From IMG/VR virus record IMGVR_UViG_3300037308_000134, positions 1-64,000 of that record: DNA of 64,000 nucleotides; one strand, given 5' to 3'. Of this stretch, positions 43,025 to 51,382 are shown piece by piece; position 1 is the first letter of the stretch, and each line of letters begins with the position of its first letter. The position numbers were made by a program, and so were the translations under genes. Under the pieces are notes generated by a model. That model was not told where the DNA came from and ran no database searches. It worked only from the letters and a program-made list of their open reading frames with translations. This DNA comes from a virus.

Positions 43025-43320
43025 TGTCTGATCGTTCTTCTGCATACAGTACAGTTCTCTGGATAATACAAGTGATCACAGAAGCCTTTTGGATTCCTGA
43101 TCCTTATATCACCACCGCAATGCTTACAGATATAGTGCTTGCAAAAGTCTTTATGAGCTTGACCTGGAACCGCACCACAGACTGTGCATGCATATTCTTC
43201 CATCAAATCACGTTGTGCATCGTTACTTACTTTTGCAGCTGACTCTACAATCTGCTTCTGCTCTTTCTTAGTTAGATCAAAAAACGATTTAGTCTTCTTC
43301 ATACCAGTCATAATAATCAT
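43015..43320 (-). CDS. Cys-rich zinc-binding protein
   Basis: CTVCG...CKHYICKHCGG...CTVC. Start uncertain. Confidence 0.6.
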   Translation of the reverse strand: MIIMTGMKKTKSFFDLTKKEQKQIVESAAKVSNDAQRDLMEEYACTVCGAVPGQAHKDFCKHYICKHCGGDIRIRNPKGFCDHLYYPENCTVCRRTIRQTH

Positions 43321-43654
43321 TATCTTTTATATCATCCCATTCTTTCTCGTTTATCCAATCTCTACCATCTTGGTGTCCAACTTTCTTCCAATGATCTGGA
43401 CAACCACAAAAATCATGCTCGAATACTAAGCAGCCAAACTTTGACGACTTAGGATTAACTATTACTCCCCAATCACTTCCAAGCGGCCCTAATAATGGAA
43501 CGTAATATGGACATAACAACGCTTGAGTTTCAATATAATCTATAGCATTATGATAATCATCTTTAAGCCAGCGTTTACATAAAAGCTCGTGAATGTCGTG
43601 AGTTGTGTATTTAGTAATACCAGTTATTTGTTTGTGTTTTGTTTTTTGTTTCAT
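43289..43654 (-). CDS. Hypothetical protein
   Basis: Start trimmed to MKQKTKHK (ATGA overlap with the upstream micro-ORF). Confidence 0.6.
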   Translation of the reverse strand: MKQKTKHKQITGITKYTTHDIHELLCKRWLKDDYHNAIDYIETQALLCPYYVPLLGPLGSDWGVIVNPKSSKFGCLVFEHDFCGCPDHWKKVGHQDGRDWINEKEWDDIKDNDYYDWYEED

Positions 43655-43821
43655 CTTCCCTCCCAACTAAACCCACAGCTTTTACATACATATAAATCTT
43701 TAGAACGATTAAACAGTTCATGGAAGTACTGACCTCTGATTGCACTGGTTAGCCAGTTCTTCTTTTTTACTGTTCCAATCTTAAAGCTGTTGCATTTTGG
43801 ACACTGTTTAATTCCAAACAT
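43651..43821 (-). CDS. Zinc-ribbon protein (56 aa)
   Basis: Hand-translated MFGIKQCPKCNSFKIGT...YVCKSCGFSWEGR. TAAtATG junction upstream. Confidence 0.55.
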   Translation of the reverse strand: MFGIKQCPKCNSFKIGTVKKKNWLTSAIRGQYFHELFNRSKDLYVCKSCGFSWEGR

Positions 43822-43822
43822 A

Positions 43823-44029
43823 TTATTTTTCTATTTCACGATATTCAACTTTAGTAAATGTTTCTAAGTTATTTACAATATACTTATGTTCGTCACACGT
43901 TTTACAATGAAACTCTAACGTCTCTTTGAAAACGAAGACGTACCAGCTGCTTTGTTGACACTTTGGACATTTCAGCATCGTACAGCTGTCACGATTCGCT
44001 GATTTTTCTTCCATACTCCATTTTGGCAT
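43823..44029 (-). CDS. Zinc-ribbon protein (68 aa)
   Basis: Start trimmed to MPKWSMEEKS after SD GAAAGGAGAAG. CPKC...CKTC. Confidence 0.6.
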   Translation of the reverse strand: MPKWSMEEKSANRDSCTMLKCPKCQQSSWYVFVFKETLEFHCKTCDEHKYIVNNLETFTKVEYREIEK

Positions 44030-44075
44030 ATGTACACTTCTCCTTTCTATGACATAATTGTACAACTTATGACAT

Positions 44076-44103
44076 ATTATGACAAGAGATCAAACTAGAT
44101 CAA
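44076..44103 (-). promoter_or_regulatory. Candidate leftward promoter TTGATC-16-CATAAT
   Basis: TTGATC is directly repeated (TTGATCTAGTTTGATCT). Back-to-back with the rightward promoter 10 nt away. Confidence 0.4.
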
Positions 44104-44112
44104 TTTTAGTAC

Positions 44113-44142
44113 TTGACAAACACTTTTTGATAGTTCTATACT
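44113..44142 (+). promoter_or_regulatory. Sigma70-type promoter TTGACA-18-TATACT
   Basis: TTGACA at 44113-44118 and TATACT at 44137-44142. Confidence 0.55.
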
Positions 44143-44148
44143 TAACAT

Positions 44149-44241
44149 GCTTAGAATTAACTGGCAAGTCCGTTTTCACATGGTAGGAAGCCCTACCAGT
44201 TGGGTCTAAGCAAACCCTACCAGGTGAAAGCGGATTTTTTT
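44149..44241 (+). promoter_or_regulatory. ~93-nt structured leader or small RNA ending in an 11-bp terminator helix plus U7
   Basis: GCTTAGA/TCTAAGC, GGTAGG/CCTACC, duplicated CCCTACCAG (44191 and 44215). Long-range helix TCCGTTTTCAC/GTGAAAGCGGA has a plus-only G-U and is followed by T7. Confidence 0.5.
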
Positions 44242-44249
44242 AAAAAACT

Positions 44250-44441
44250 ATGAATACAATTGACACAATGTCTCAAACAGATCATAATGAACTCTGTATG
44301 TATCTAAACACATGGTTAGAACAATTTGACGTAGCTAGACATAAATTTACTTCTTCTAAACTTCCAGTTGCATACGCTAGATTAGCAAGCGAAACTCTCA
44401 GTGACTTATTAGTAATAGACGCACAAGAATTTGGCATATGA
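44250..44441 (+). CDS. Hypothetical protein (63 aa)
   Basis: ORF starts 9 nt after the leader U-run. No SD. Confidence 0.4.
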   Translation: MNTIDTMSQTDHNELCMYLNTWLEQFDVARHKFTSSKLPVAYARLASETLSDLLVIDAQEFGI

Positions 44442-44596
44442 GCGCAATCATAAATAAACTTTACTTTAAAGATAAACAAATCTGTCATTACTGTGGTTCT
44501 CAAGCAACATATAACTTAAAAGCAAATAGAGAGTTTTATTTCTGTAAAGACTGTTATCATAAAAAGTTAGAATTAACATATCGTACAGCACAATAG
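44438..44596 (+). CDS. Zinc-ribbon protein (52 aa)
   Basis: Hand-translated MSAIINKLYFKDKQICHYCGSQATYNLKANREFYFCKDCYHKKLELTYRTAQ. ATGA overlap with the previous ORF. Confidence 0.45.
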   Translation: MSAIINKLYFKDKQICHYCGSQATYNLKANREFYFCKDCYHKKLELTYRTAQ

Positions 44597-45089
44597 ACTA
44601 CAGACTAAAAACTGTAACAACAAACTGCTGTAAAAGTAAGTGTAGTAATAGTCGTGCAAACAAGGCTCACTTACTGGTTGCTACCTATGAAGCATAAGCT
44701 AAGCTATCAGAGCTAATGCTGGTTACTCTAAAAAGTAGCTCTTGCTGGAAACAGGTAAATAAATCAAGAAACGCAACACGTTACACTCGGAATGAACGAT
44801 ATCATTAACCGCTATTACTTCTTTTTTAAAAAATTAGCTTCAGTGCTAATGAACGACTGTTCATAAGCTCAGTTACGTAACGTAAACTTCTTTGCTAGAT
44901 GAATGACTGTAAAAATAAATAGAAGACAGGTTTTTTCATTCACTCGCTTTATAAGCTCGTTCATTCAAAAATTAAATTTAAAAAACTTTCAAGAACTATA
45001 TAGCGATTAATCTATGTATTAACTGTCACGGTCAGCATAGAGGTTCATAGGAATATGGCTTGGCTAAAAGATGACATCGTTACCACTGT

Positions 45090-45470
45090 GATACACTTTG
45101 ATATAGATTTATACAGTAGGGGAGGTAATGTTATAGTTTGATGTTATTTGTTATAGAACGAACTATATCTAATTTATTATATTTCAATCTTTTATATTCA
45201 AACTATATCAAACAACAATAATCAATCTCAATCTATTCTTATATATTATTATCTATTCTATAACTATATTTATTATATCAATCTATATACTTATATAACT
45301 ATATACTATCATTGTTATATAACTACAACATACTATATCAACTACTACTTACTGTATCATACTATATCAAGTATAGTAATTATACTATAAGATACTATAA
45401 CTATATCAATCTATATCAACTATATTCTTCTGTATCAAACTACTTTAACTATATCAAATTATATCACTTC
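45090..45470. repeat. Iteron-like array of the 8-mer TATATCAA (core of CTATATCAAAC) and variants
   Basis: 7 exact same-orientation copies counted between about 45204 and 45457, plus TGTATCAA and TATATCAC variants and inverted TTGATATA copies at the edges. Confidence 0.8.
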
Positions 45471-45629
45471 ATTGTTGTTATACTATAAGATATAATACTA
45501 TAACTATATTATACTATATACACTATATATAGTGTGTTGATACTATCTGATACACTACTGATCCTGTAGTGTCTGACTATGAATTGACACACTACATATA
45601 GCGTGTCTTATAGTAGTAATCCTGCGACC

Positions 45630-45658
45630 TTGACAATCTGATAATTATAGAGTATAAT
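45630..45658 (+). promoter_or_regulatory. Perfect sigma70 consensus promoter TTGACA-17-TATAAT
   Basis: TTGACA at 45630-45635, 17-nt spacer, TATAAT at 45653-45658. Points toward the plus-strand arm. Confidence 0.7.
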
Positions 45659-45682
45659 GGACATATACTATAAGATATTTAT

Positions 45683-45898
45683 ATGATATACATAATTATA
45701 TTATTATACTTGATAAGCCCGATAATTATCTATCAATTTATTTGGGCGATTGTAAAGAGATGGGAGTATGGTAACAAGCGTGATATATATTCTGGTCGTT
45801 ATATCAAGTCCTACAAGCCCAAACAACCTACTTATCATTATGTCAAACTCCGAGAAACTGACGGAACTATAAGTTATTTCCCCTTGGAAGATAAATAA
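45683..45898 (+). CDS. Doubtful ORF (71 aa, hydrophobic N-terminus)
   Basis: Starts 25 nt after the -10 with no SD. The Ile/Tyr/Leu-rich N-terminus could be an AT-richness artefact. Confidence 0.3.
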   Translation: MIYIIILLYLISPIIIYQFIWAIVKRWEYGNKRDIYSGRYIKSYKPKQPTYHYVKLRETDGTISYFPLEDK

Positions 45899-46178
45899 TC
45901 CCCGAAGCTAACCATATCAAACTGTATCATCTTTACGCTTGTTTAGACTATATCAAACTATATCATCATGTTTTGAGTTCGTGTAGTCAATTCCTAAGTA
46001 TGTTTATATCATTATAATATCATATAACTATTTTATAAAATGAGATACTAAGGAAACGATCCTATGACTTCAAAATTTTATGCGTAAAATTGTCAAGAGC
46101 AATAAGAAAAAAAACGAGCAAAAATTTTGGCTGGTTTAGTAGGAGATTTGATATAGTAATTGACATATTTAATGCCAG

Positions 46179-46241
46179 TTTGTTCTAGAAATTGATACAG
46201 TTTGAAGGAGGTCATGATACACTTTGTTCTAGAAAATGATA
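46179..46241. promoter_or_regulatory. Two copies of a ~19-nt operator-like repeat TTTGTTCTAGAAA(N)TGATA containing the palindrome TTCTAGAA
   Basis: Copies at about 46179-46197 and 46223-46241. They flank an SD GAAGGAGG plus a 10-codon mini-ORF. Confidence 0.5.
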
Positions 46242-46652
46242 TGTTTTGATATGGTCAATCAATTTGTGTTTTCTGATATAAGTATTTATAATGATATATA
46301 GATAATTGATAATATACTCAATTATGATTATATTATAATTGCTCGGGTATTATCAAGCGTAGTAAGAACGTCGGACGACTAACGGGCGATACCCGTCAAG
46401 TTTCCCTATCTTATAGTACCTTGATATACATAAGCCCCAAAAAATGACCCGTTATTTGGTCTTATAAGATACATCGGCGGGCCAGAATTATGGGATACTT
46501 ATAATATAACCTCCTACTATAAGATAATGTATTGGTCCGTCTTATAATTCCGAGACTCATAGTCCCGACGATTGTAAGACGGCACGGTAACAGTATCTTA
46601 TAATTCCGTAATAATGCCATAAGATATTTTACCGAGATAGGAGGGTATTGAT

Positions 46653-46979
46653 ATGAAAACTATCAATACTGATAATAAAACTTTGGCGCTTCAGGACGCC
46701 CTAAAGCAACTGAAGCAAGCCCAGGAAGCGGTAAAGGCAATGACCAAATCCGATCCTGAACTCGCCGAAGCGGTAAAAGCCGAAGCCAAAGCCCAAAAAA
46801 AGGCAGAAGCCAAAGCCCGTCGGGAAGCGACCAAAGATGAACGGAACGCCAAAAAGCGATCCGAGAGGGCCGAGCGTGTCCAAGCCCTAAACTACCTGAA
46901 CAATATCAAGTCCTTGGGCTTGTATGAACAGGTAGAAAAAATGGTAAAAGCCGCTCAAAACCAGTCAAAAAGCAAATAA
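46653..46979 (+). CDS. Lys/Ala/Glu-rich coiled-coil protein
   Basis: SD GGAGGG. 108 aa, AEAKAQKKAEAKARREATK low complexity. Confidence 0.7.
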   Translation: MKTINTDNKTLALQDALKQLKQAQEAVKAMTKSDPELAEAVKAEAKAQKKAEAKARREATKDERNAKKRSERAERVQALNYLNNIKSLGLYEQVEKMVKAAQNQSKSK

Positions 46980-46998
46980 CCATATCAGACTGATACAG

Positions 46999-47035
46999 AA
47001 CGGGTCAGAGTGTATCAAACTCTGGCCCGTTTTTA
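46999..47035 (+). terminator. Intrinsic terminator (12-bp stem with one plus-only G-U, then T5)
   Basis: AACGGGTCAGAG-TGTATCAAA-CTCTGGCCCGTT-TTT. The loop carries the TGTATCAAA motif. Confidence 0.75.
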
Positions 47036-47112
47036 TGAGTTTGATAACCATATCAAACCGCATCATTTCTTATAGCCAACTGTATCAAACTATATCAGAA
47101 AGGAGGCAAACC

Positions 47113-47325
47113 ATGCTCTATAAACTCGTAGGCTCGGTAGGCGGTGTTTATGCTTACTCACGAGTGCTGCCAAAGAGATACAGTAGGCAATCTGTTGCCT
47201 ATGCTTTGGCTCACCTTGTGCTACGCAACCGCCGAGTCCGTAAAATTGCTGGTGCTAAGGTAGATGTCTACCGTACTATGACACCAAAACAACCGTGGTT
47301 ATGGGTGCTGTCTATTGCCAATTGA
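47113..47325 (+). CDS. Hypothetical protein (70 aa)
   Basis: Start trimmed to MLYKLVG after SD AAAGGAGG. Confidence 0.65.
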   Translation: MLYKLVGSVGGVYAYSRVLPKRYSRQSVAYALAHLVLRNRRVRKIAGAKVDVYRTMTPKQPWLWVLSIAN

Positions 47326-47393
47326 TTGTAAGTAGATCGGCGGGTATCAAGCCCCGCCTATGTGCTTACAAGCACAGATAGGAGGAATACATT

Positions 47394-47690
47394 ATGAAAA
47401 CCGAAGCGCCTGAACTTCCTGACTATTTCAGGAATTATATCGGGGAAAATCTCAACCAAGTTGTCATCCTCAACGTGAAGATGATAACCGCAGTTGACCA
47501 TTATAAAAGTATGCTACCTGGTAGATTGCGCCGACAGCAGTTGCTAAAACTACACAATCGGTTCAATTCGCTTGATGAAATCGGGCAGCCATTTAGTTTT
47601 ACCTTATATCTACTTGCTCGTTTCGGCTTATCGTTGTCAATAGACGATACCCATGAGATTAGCCAAGCATATAATCTGCGGATTATGTGA
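47394..47690 (+). CDS. Hypothetical protein
   Basis: SD TAGGAGGA. 98 aa. Confidence 0.7.
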   Translation: MKTEAPELPDYFRNYIGENLNQVVILNVKMITAVDHYKSMLPGRLRRQQLLKLHNRFNSLDEIGQPFSFTLYLLARFGLSLSIDDTHEISQAYNLRIM

Positions 47691-47758
47691 TAAAGCCTCC
47701 TCATATCTCGGTATGAGGGGTCCTTGTTACATAAACCAACCAAAAGGAGGTGAGGGAT

Positions 47759-48028
47759 ATGAACAAAGCAGTAGCCGTATTATTCGTGCTAATGGTAGCC
47801 TATTTTATCTGGCATCTTGGCCGATATTACGAATATAAAACTAATCGTGCCGAAAGCGTTACTACATATAATGCTGGCTATCGTGCTGGCAGATTTGATG
47901 CCTTAGCACAGTTAGCCGAGTGTGATGATGTAGACCTAAAGCCTGTCATCAGAGATTATGAAATTATGCGGGAAACGCTAATACGCTTCGGTGAGTATGA
48001 CGATACACCTTATCCGTGTGAAGAATAG
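47759..48028 (+). CDS. Small membrane protein (N-terminal TM)
   Basis: Start trimmed to MNKAVAVLFVLMVAYFIW after SD AAAGGAGGTGA. Confidence 0.7.
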   Translation: MNKAVAVLFVLMVAYFIWHLGRYYEYKTNRAESVTTYNAGYRAGRFDALAQLAECDDVDLKPVIRDYEIMRETLIRFGEYDDTPYPCEE

Positions 48029-48112
48029 TTTGACATAGACCCTACCCACTACACTGGGCGGGGATGTGTGCCAAACCGCACACACAATATCATCAGAAAG
48101 GAGGTGATACGC

Positions 48113-48406
48113 ATGTTCAAGAAAATTGAATTACCGACGGGACCTTCACCCAAAAAAGGTGGAAAGTTCATGTTTACGGTAAAAGTTTTCTCGCTCGGTG
48201 CTATATTAGGCGCTGGTATTGCGTTCTCTTCCTGCGTATATTGGTATCTAAAACAGCCGAAACAATCCTTATCTAAAGTTCAGGAATGGGTAACTGCTCA
48301 TCCTGAAGAAGCCGATTGGGCTATGAAACGCTGGGAAAGATTCCAAGTGGCATCTAAAGAATTATATATGAAAGAGGATGCCATCATGCTGGACAGGGGA
48401 AACTAA
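48113..48406 (+). CDS. Small membrane protein
   Basis: Start trimmed to MFKKIELP after SD AAAGGAGGTGAT. TM segment VFSLGAILGAGIAFSSCVYWYL. Confidence 0.7.
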   Translation: MFKKIELPTGPSPKKGGKFMFTVKVFSLGAILGAGIAFSSCVYWYLKQPKQSLSKVQEWVTAHPEEADWAMKRWERFQVASKELYMKEDAIMLDRGN

Positions 48407-48435
48407 ATACTGGTGAAGCTGCTAAACCAGTCAAA

Positions 48436-48858
48436 ATGGTAGCAGTTCCTGATGGTGAAAAGCGTGTAGCAATGCTTCGGAGATTTTTCATAAAACACCA
48501 AAGCCCACTTGCTGACGCTGCCGAAGCGTTTATACTTGCTTCCCATAAATATAATATCCCCGAATGGATATTAGTGGGAATATCAAACGCCGAAAGCACA
48601 TTAGGTAAACGCATTGCCGAGAACAGTTATAATCCGTTTGGCTATAAATGCTATGATGGACAACCATGCTATAATTTTAAGTCGTGGGATGAAGCTGTTT
48701 ATTCATTAGCAGCCACCCTGCGATTTGAGCATTATTATGCCGATTATCGCAAAACTGGAAAGATAGAGGACATAGCCAAGCGTTACCTGACTGGTAATAA
48801 ACAACGCTGGATAGGCAATGTAACCAAATACCGAGATGAGTTAGTAATGAAGCCCTAA
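48436..48858 (+). CDS. Glucosaminidase/lysozyme-like muralytic domain protein
   Basis: ILVGISNAESTLGK...NPFGYK resembles the LytD/FlgJ-type glucosaminidase motifs E-S/T-x-x-G and N-x-FG-x-K. No SD. Confidence 0.5.
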   Translation: MVAVPDGEKRVAMLRRFFIKHQSPLADAAEAFILASHKYNIPEWILVGISNAESTLGKRIAENSYNPFGYKCYDGQPCYNFKSWDEAVYSLAATLRFEHYYADYRKTGKIEDIAKRYLTGNKQRWIGNVTKYRDELVMKP

Positions 48859-48925
48859 GCACATATTGTGCTTGGGCGCCTGGTTTGCTTATGAGCAAGC
48901 CAGATGCCCAATCATAATACATAAG

Positions 48926-48951
48926 ACACGCCGTAACTGGCGTGTTTTTTG
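48926..48951 (+). terminator. Intrinsic terminator ACACGCC-GTAACT-GGCGTGT-T6
   Basis: 7-bp GC-rich stem followed by a T-run. Confidence 0.75.
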
Positions 48952-48973
48952 ATGGGAAAAGGAGGTGATATTC

Positions 48974-49159
48974 ATGCAGAAAACCTGCGAACATTGTGGG
49001 TTCCCGATGTTATGCGAAGATACCCTTGATGATGACTTAGCCACACCAATTAGATTGTGGCTATGTACTAATTTAGAGTGTAGCGCCGATGAAATTGTTG
49101 AATATCTGGACAACCCAAAAGAAGTACCAGTGCCTGGTCAGTTAGCATTTATTGGCTGA
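48974..49159 (+). CDS. Small zinc-ribbon-like protein
   Basis: Start trimmed to MQKTCEHCG after SD AAAGGAGGTGAT. Confidence 0.65.
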   Translation: MQKTCEHCGFPMLCEDTLDDDLATPIRLWLCTNLECSADEIVEYLDNPKEVPVPGQLAFIG

Positions 49160-49246
49160 CAGAGTATGAAGGGTGCTACCCAAACTTATCCCATGTGGGT
49201 GAGATTGGGTAATAACTTTCATAATAAATGAAGGGAGGTGATTACA

Positions 49247-49432
49247 ATGACACGGAAAGATTACAAAGTAATTGCTACGGCACTTGCAAAAGCGTTTAAG
49301 CGCCTACAGATGCCATACCACGAACAAAAGGTGGTTATGGTGGCTGTAGAAGAAGCCTTCAAAGAAGATAATTCAGGCTTCAATGCTGACCGTTTTGAAT
49401 TATATGTAGACAAGGCTGCCGATAACAATTAA
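49247..49432 (+). CDS. Hypothetical protein (61 aa)
   Basis: Start trimmed to MTRKDYKV after SD AGGGAGGTGAT. Confidence 0.65.
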   Translation: MTRKDYKVIATALAKAFKRLQMPYHEQKVVMVAVEEAFKEDNSGFNADRFELYVDKAADNN

Positions 49433-49446
49433 AAAAGGAGAACAAT

Positions 49447-49692
49447 ATGAAAAATCCGTGTGCGAAAACTCGTAAGATTGATGACCCTTACGAAATATGG
49501 AAAGGGAAAGTCAATATCTGCGGTGATGAACTCAACATGGAATGGCGGGTATTGAAAAAGTGGCAAGTTGATGATGACAAGCCATATGCCCGCTGGTTCT
49601 GTGCTGTTCAATCAGAAGCGACTTTCGGGGGATGGGACTACGGTGACACATACGTAGCCGATATCAAACGCTTTGGAGTGCGGATAAAATAA
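49447..49692 (+). CDS. Hypothetical protein
   Basis: SD AAAGGAGAA. 81 aa. Confidence 0.65.
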   Translation: MKNPCAKTRKIDDPYEIWKGKVNICGDELNMEWRVLKKWQVDDDKPYARWFCAVQSEATFGGWDYGDTYVADIKRFGVRIK

Positions 49693-49808
49693 GTAGAGGG
49701 GAAACCCTCTATCGGCAACGCCCGTGGGGTATCTCTTACTCCTATCAGAGATAGTCAGTTCACTACTGACCGTTGCCACATATATCAATTCACAGAAAGG
49801 AGGTGAAT

Positions 49809-50336
49809 ATGAATTCTATTGAAGAGGTTGCGGCATATGCTAAAAATGTCTGCCTCAAAGATGGCTTTCACTCCCAAATGCTGATTGTTGATGGCACTGA
49901 AAAAGGTGCAATCATGCAATTAGCAAACGGATTGCCTGATGATTATAACCAAAAACAAGCAATCATGATAAAAATGGGCGCTGACCTATATCGTGCTAAA
50001 CATATAGGCAACTTGATGAAGGTCTACTTTATTTCAGAAGCAGACATGGTAAAAGCAGATGCGAATAAAGCAACCGATTTAAAAATACGACCACGTTTTC
50101 ATCCCAATCGTATTGACTGCCTGATAATCACAAGCCTAACACCATTAGGTGATAGCGAAATGATTACATATGAAGTCAAACGTGATGCCAATAATAAAAT
50201 TATTGATTTGAGAGAGGGCGTCAAAACTAAACAGGATGAAGCGAGTTCTGGATTTTCTCCCTTGCTTCAATCGTTTATTGTCGGATTTCTAAAAGCCGAT
50301 AAATATACAGATAAAGTGCTTGGGATAAAATCTTAA
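49809..50336 (+). CDS. Hypothetical protein
   Basis: Start trimmed to MNSIEEV after SD AAAGGAGGTGA. Confidence 0.7.
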   Translation: MNSIEEVAAYAKNVCLKDGFHSQMLIVDGTEKGAIMQLANGLPDDYNQKQAIMIKMGADLYRAKHIGNLMKVYFISEADMVKADANKATDLKIRPRFHPNRIDCLIITSLTPLGDSEMITYEVKRDANNKIIDLREGVKTKQDEASSGFSPLLQSFIVGFLKADKYTDKVLGIKS

Positions 50337-50463
50337 CCGAGGCTTATGCTTCGGTGAGATGGGTTAGTAGCTCAATATTAGGCGTTCCAATATCAACAAA
50401 CGCACCCAGCCATGCTAACCCATTCTCACAGGGGCATAATCCCCAAGAAAGGAGGTGACTATA

Positions 50464-50901
50464 ATGGCAAAACAAACCATAAAGATTACGAATAAGGGTT
50501 CTAAAACCATATCTGAATCATTTGGTGTGTCAGAAGCAGCCTTCAAACATGTTGTGGCTAAGATAGCCTCAAAACTTACTTTGTCAGCAATCAATCCGTT
50601 TGACGACAGTTCAAAGGATGAAGTTGCTATGAAGGTGATGGCTGAACTACCTAAAGACAAAGAGGCGTTTGTCGTAAAAGACATGAATACCGCTTTTGTT
50701 TTTGGTACGGCGTTTTTCTTGGCTATGAAAATGCGGAATGACCTGTTAGATGCGTTAGATAAAAAGGTCAAAGAAGAAGAAAAACCAGCAACCGAATTAG
50801 TTTCTCGCATGGCTCAAAAAGATTTTGAGGAAATCCAAAAGGGAATCGGGATGGTTGGTGAACAGGTAAAAACGCTTATACGCCAAAAAGTCATCAACTG
50901 A
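50464..50901 (+). CDS. Hypothetical protein
   Basis: Start trimmed to MAKQTIK after SD AAAGGAGGTGA. Confidence 0.7.
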   Translation: MAKQTIKITNKGSKTISESFGVSEAAFKHVVAKIASKLTLSAINPFDDSSKDEVAMKVMAELPKDKEAFVVKDMNTAFVFGTAFFLAMKMRNDLLDALDKKVKEEEKPATELVSRMAQKDFEEIQKGIGMVGEQVKTLIRQKVIN

Positions 50902-50972
50902 CAGTTGATCCTGCTCACAAGAAATTGTGGGCAGAGATGAGCTGTTAAGGCTCAACGAAAGGAGGTGTGTGT

Positions 50973-51311
50973 ATGGAAATCAATCCATCTAAAATGATGA
51001 CCGTTTCATATACTATGGAAGAAATTCAATACTTTATGAGTAAGGTTGATGATTTTTATAGAGATGAATACCCACACATGTCTGTTCCTAAAGAAATACG
51101 AACAGGAGCATATTTTTTATTCAACATGCTGTTGTATAACTCAATATTTCCAGGAGGTGTTGAAGATAAAATAAAAAATAATAACGAAAGGTTAGAAACC
51201 TTAAAAAGAAAATATAACTCAGTAGGATATCATCCTAAATCTAAAAAACCTTGCCCAAAATGTCATGGAGAAGGTTTTATAAAAACAACCAGACCAAAAC
51301 CTGGAGAATAA
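50973..51311 (+). CDS. Hypothetical protein with C-terminal CxxCxGxG zinc knuckle
   Basis: Start trimmed to MEINPSK after SD AAAGGAGGTG. CPKCHGEG. Confidence 0.7.
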   Translation: MEINPSKMMTVSYTMEEIQYFMSKVDDFYRDEYPHMSVPKEIRTGAYFLFNMLLYNSIFPGGVEDKIKNNNERLETLKRKYNSVGYHPKSKKPCPKCHGEGFIKTTRPKPGE

Positions 51312-51382
51312 ACTTTGATACTTTCCCACATAAAATTGTGGGATTGTACCAGCGTTTATGCTGGAAAAGGAGGTGATTAAAA

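Noticed and set aside
45090-46640. Possible CRISPR array, because of many short direct repeats
   Set aside because: The repeats are only 8-14 nt, irregularly spaced, occur in both orientations and belong to at least two word families. There is no 24-40-nt repeat with uniform spacers and no cas gene.
50415-50810. 131-aa minus-strand ORF antisense to 50464..50901
   Set aside because: It has no SD, a Ser/Ala/Phe-rich low-complexity translation, and lies fully antisense to a gene with a perfect SD in a uniformly plus-strand operon. It is a shadow ORF.
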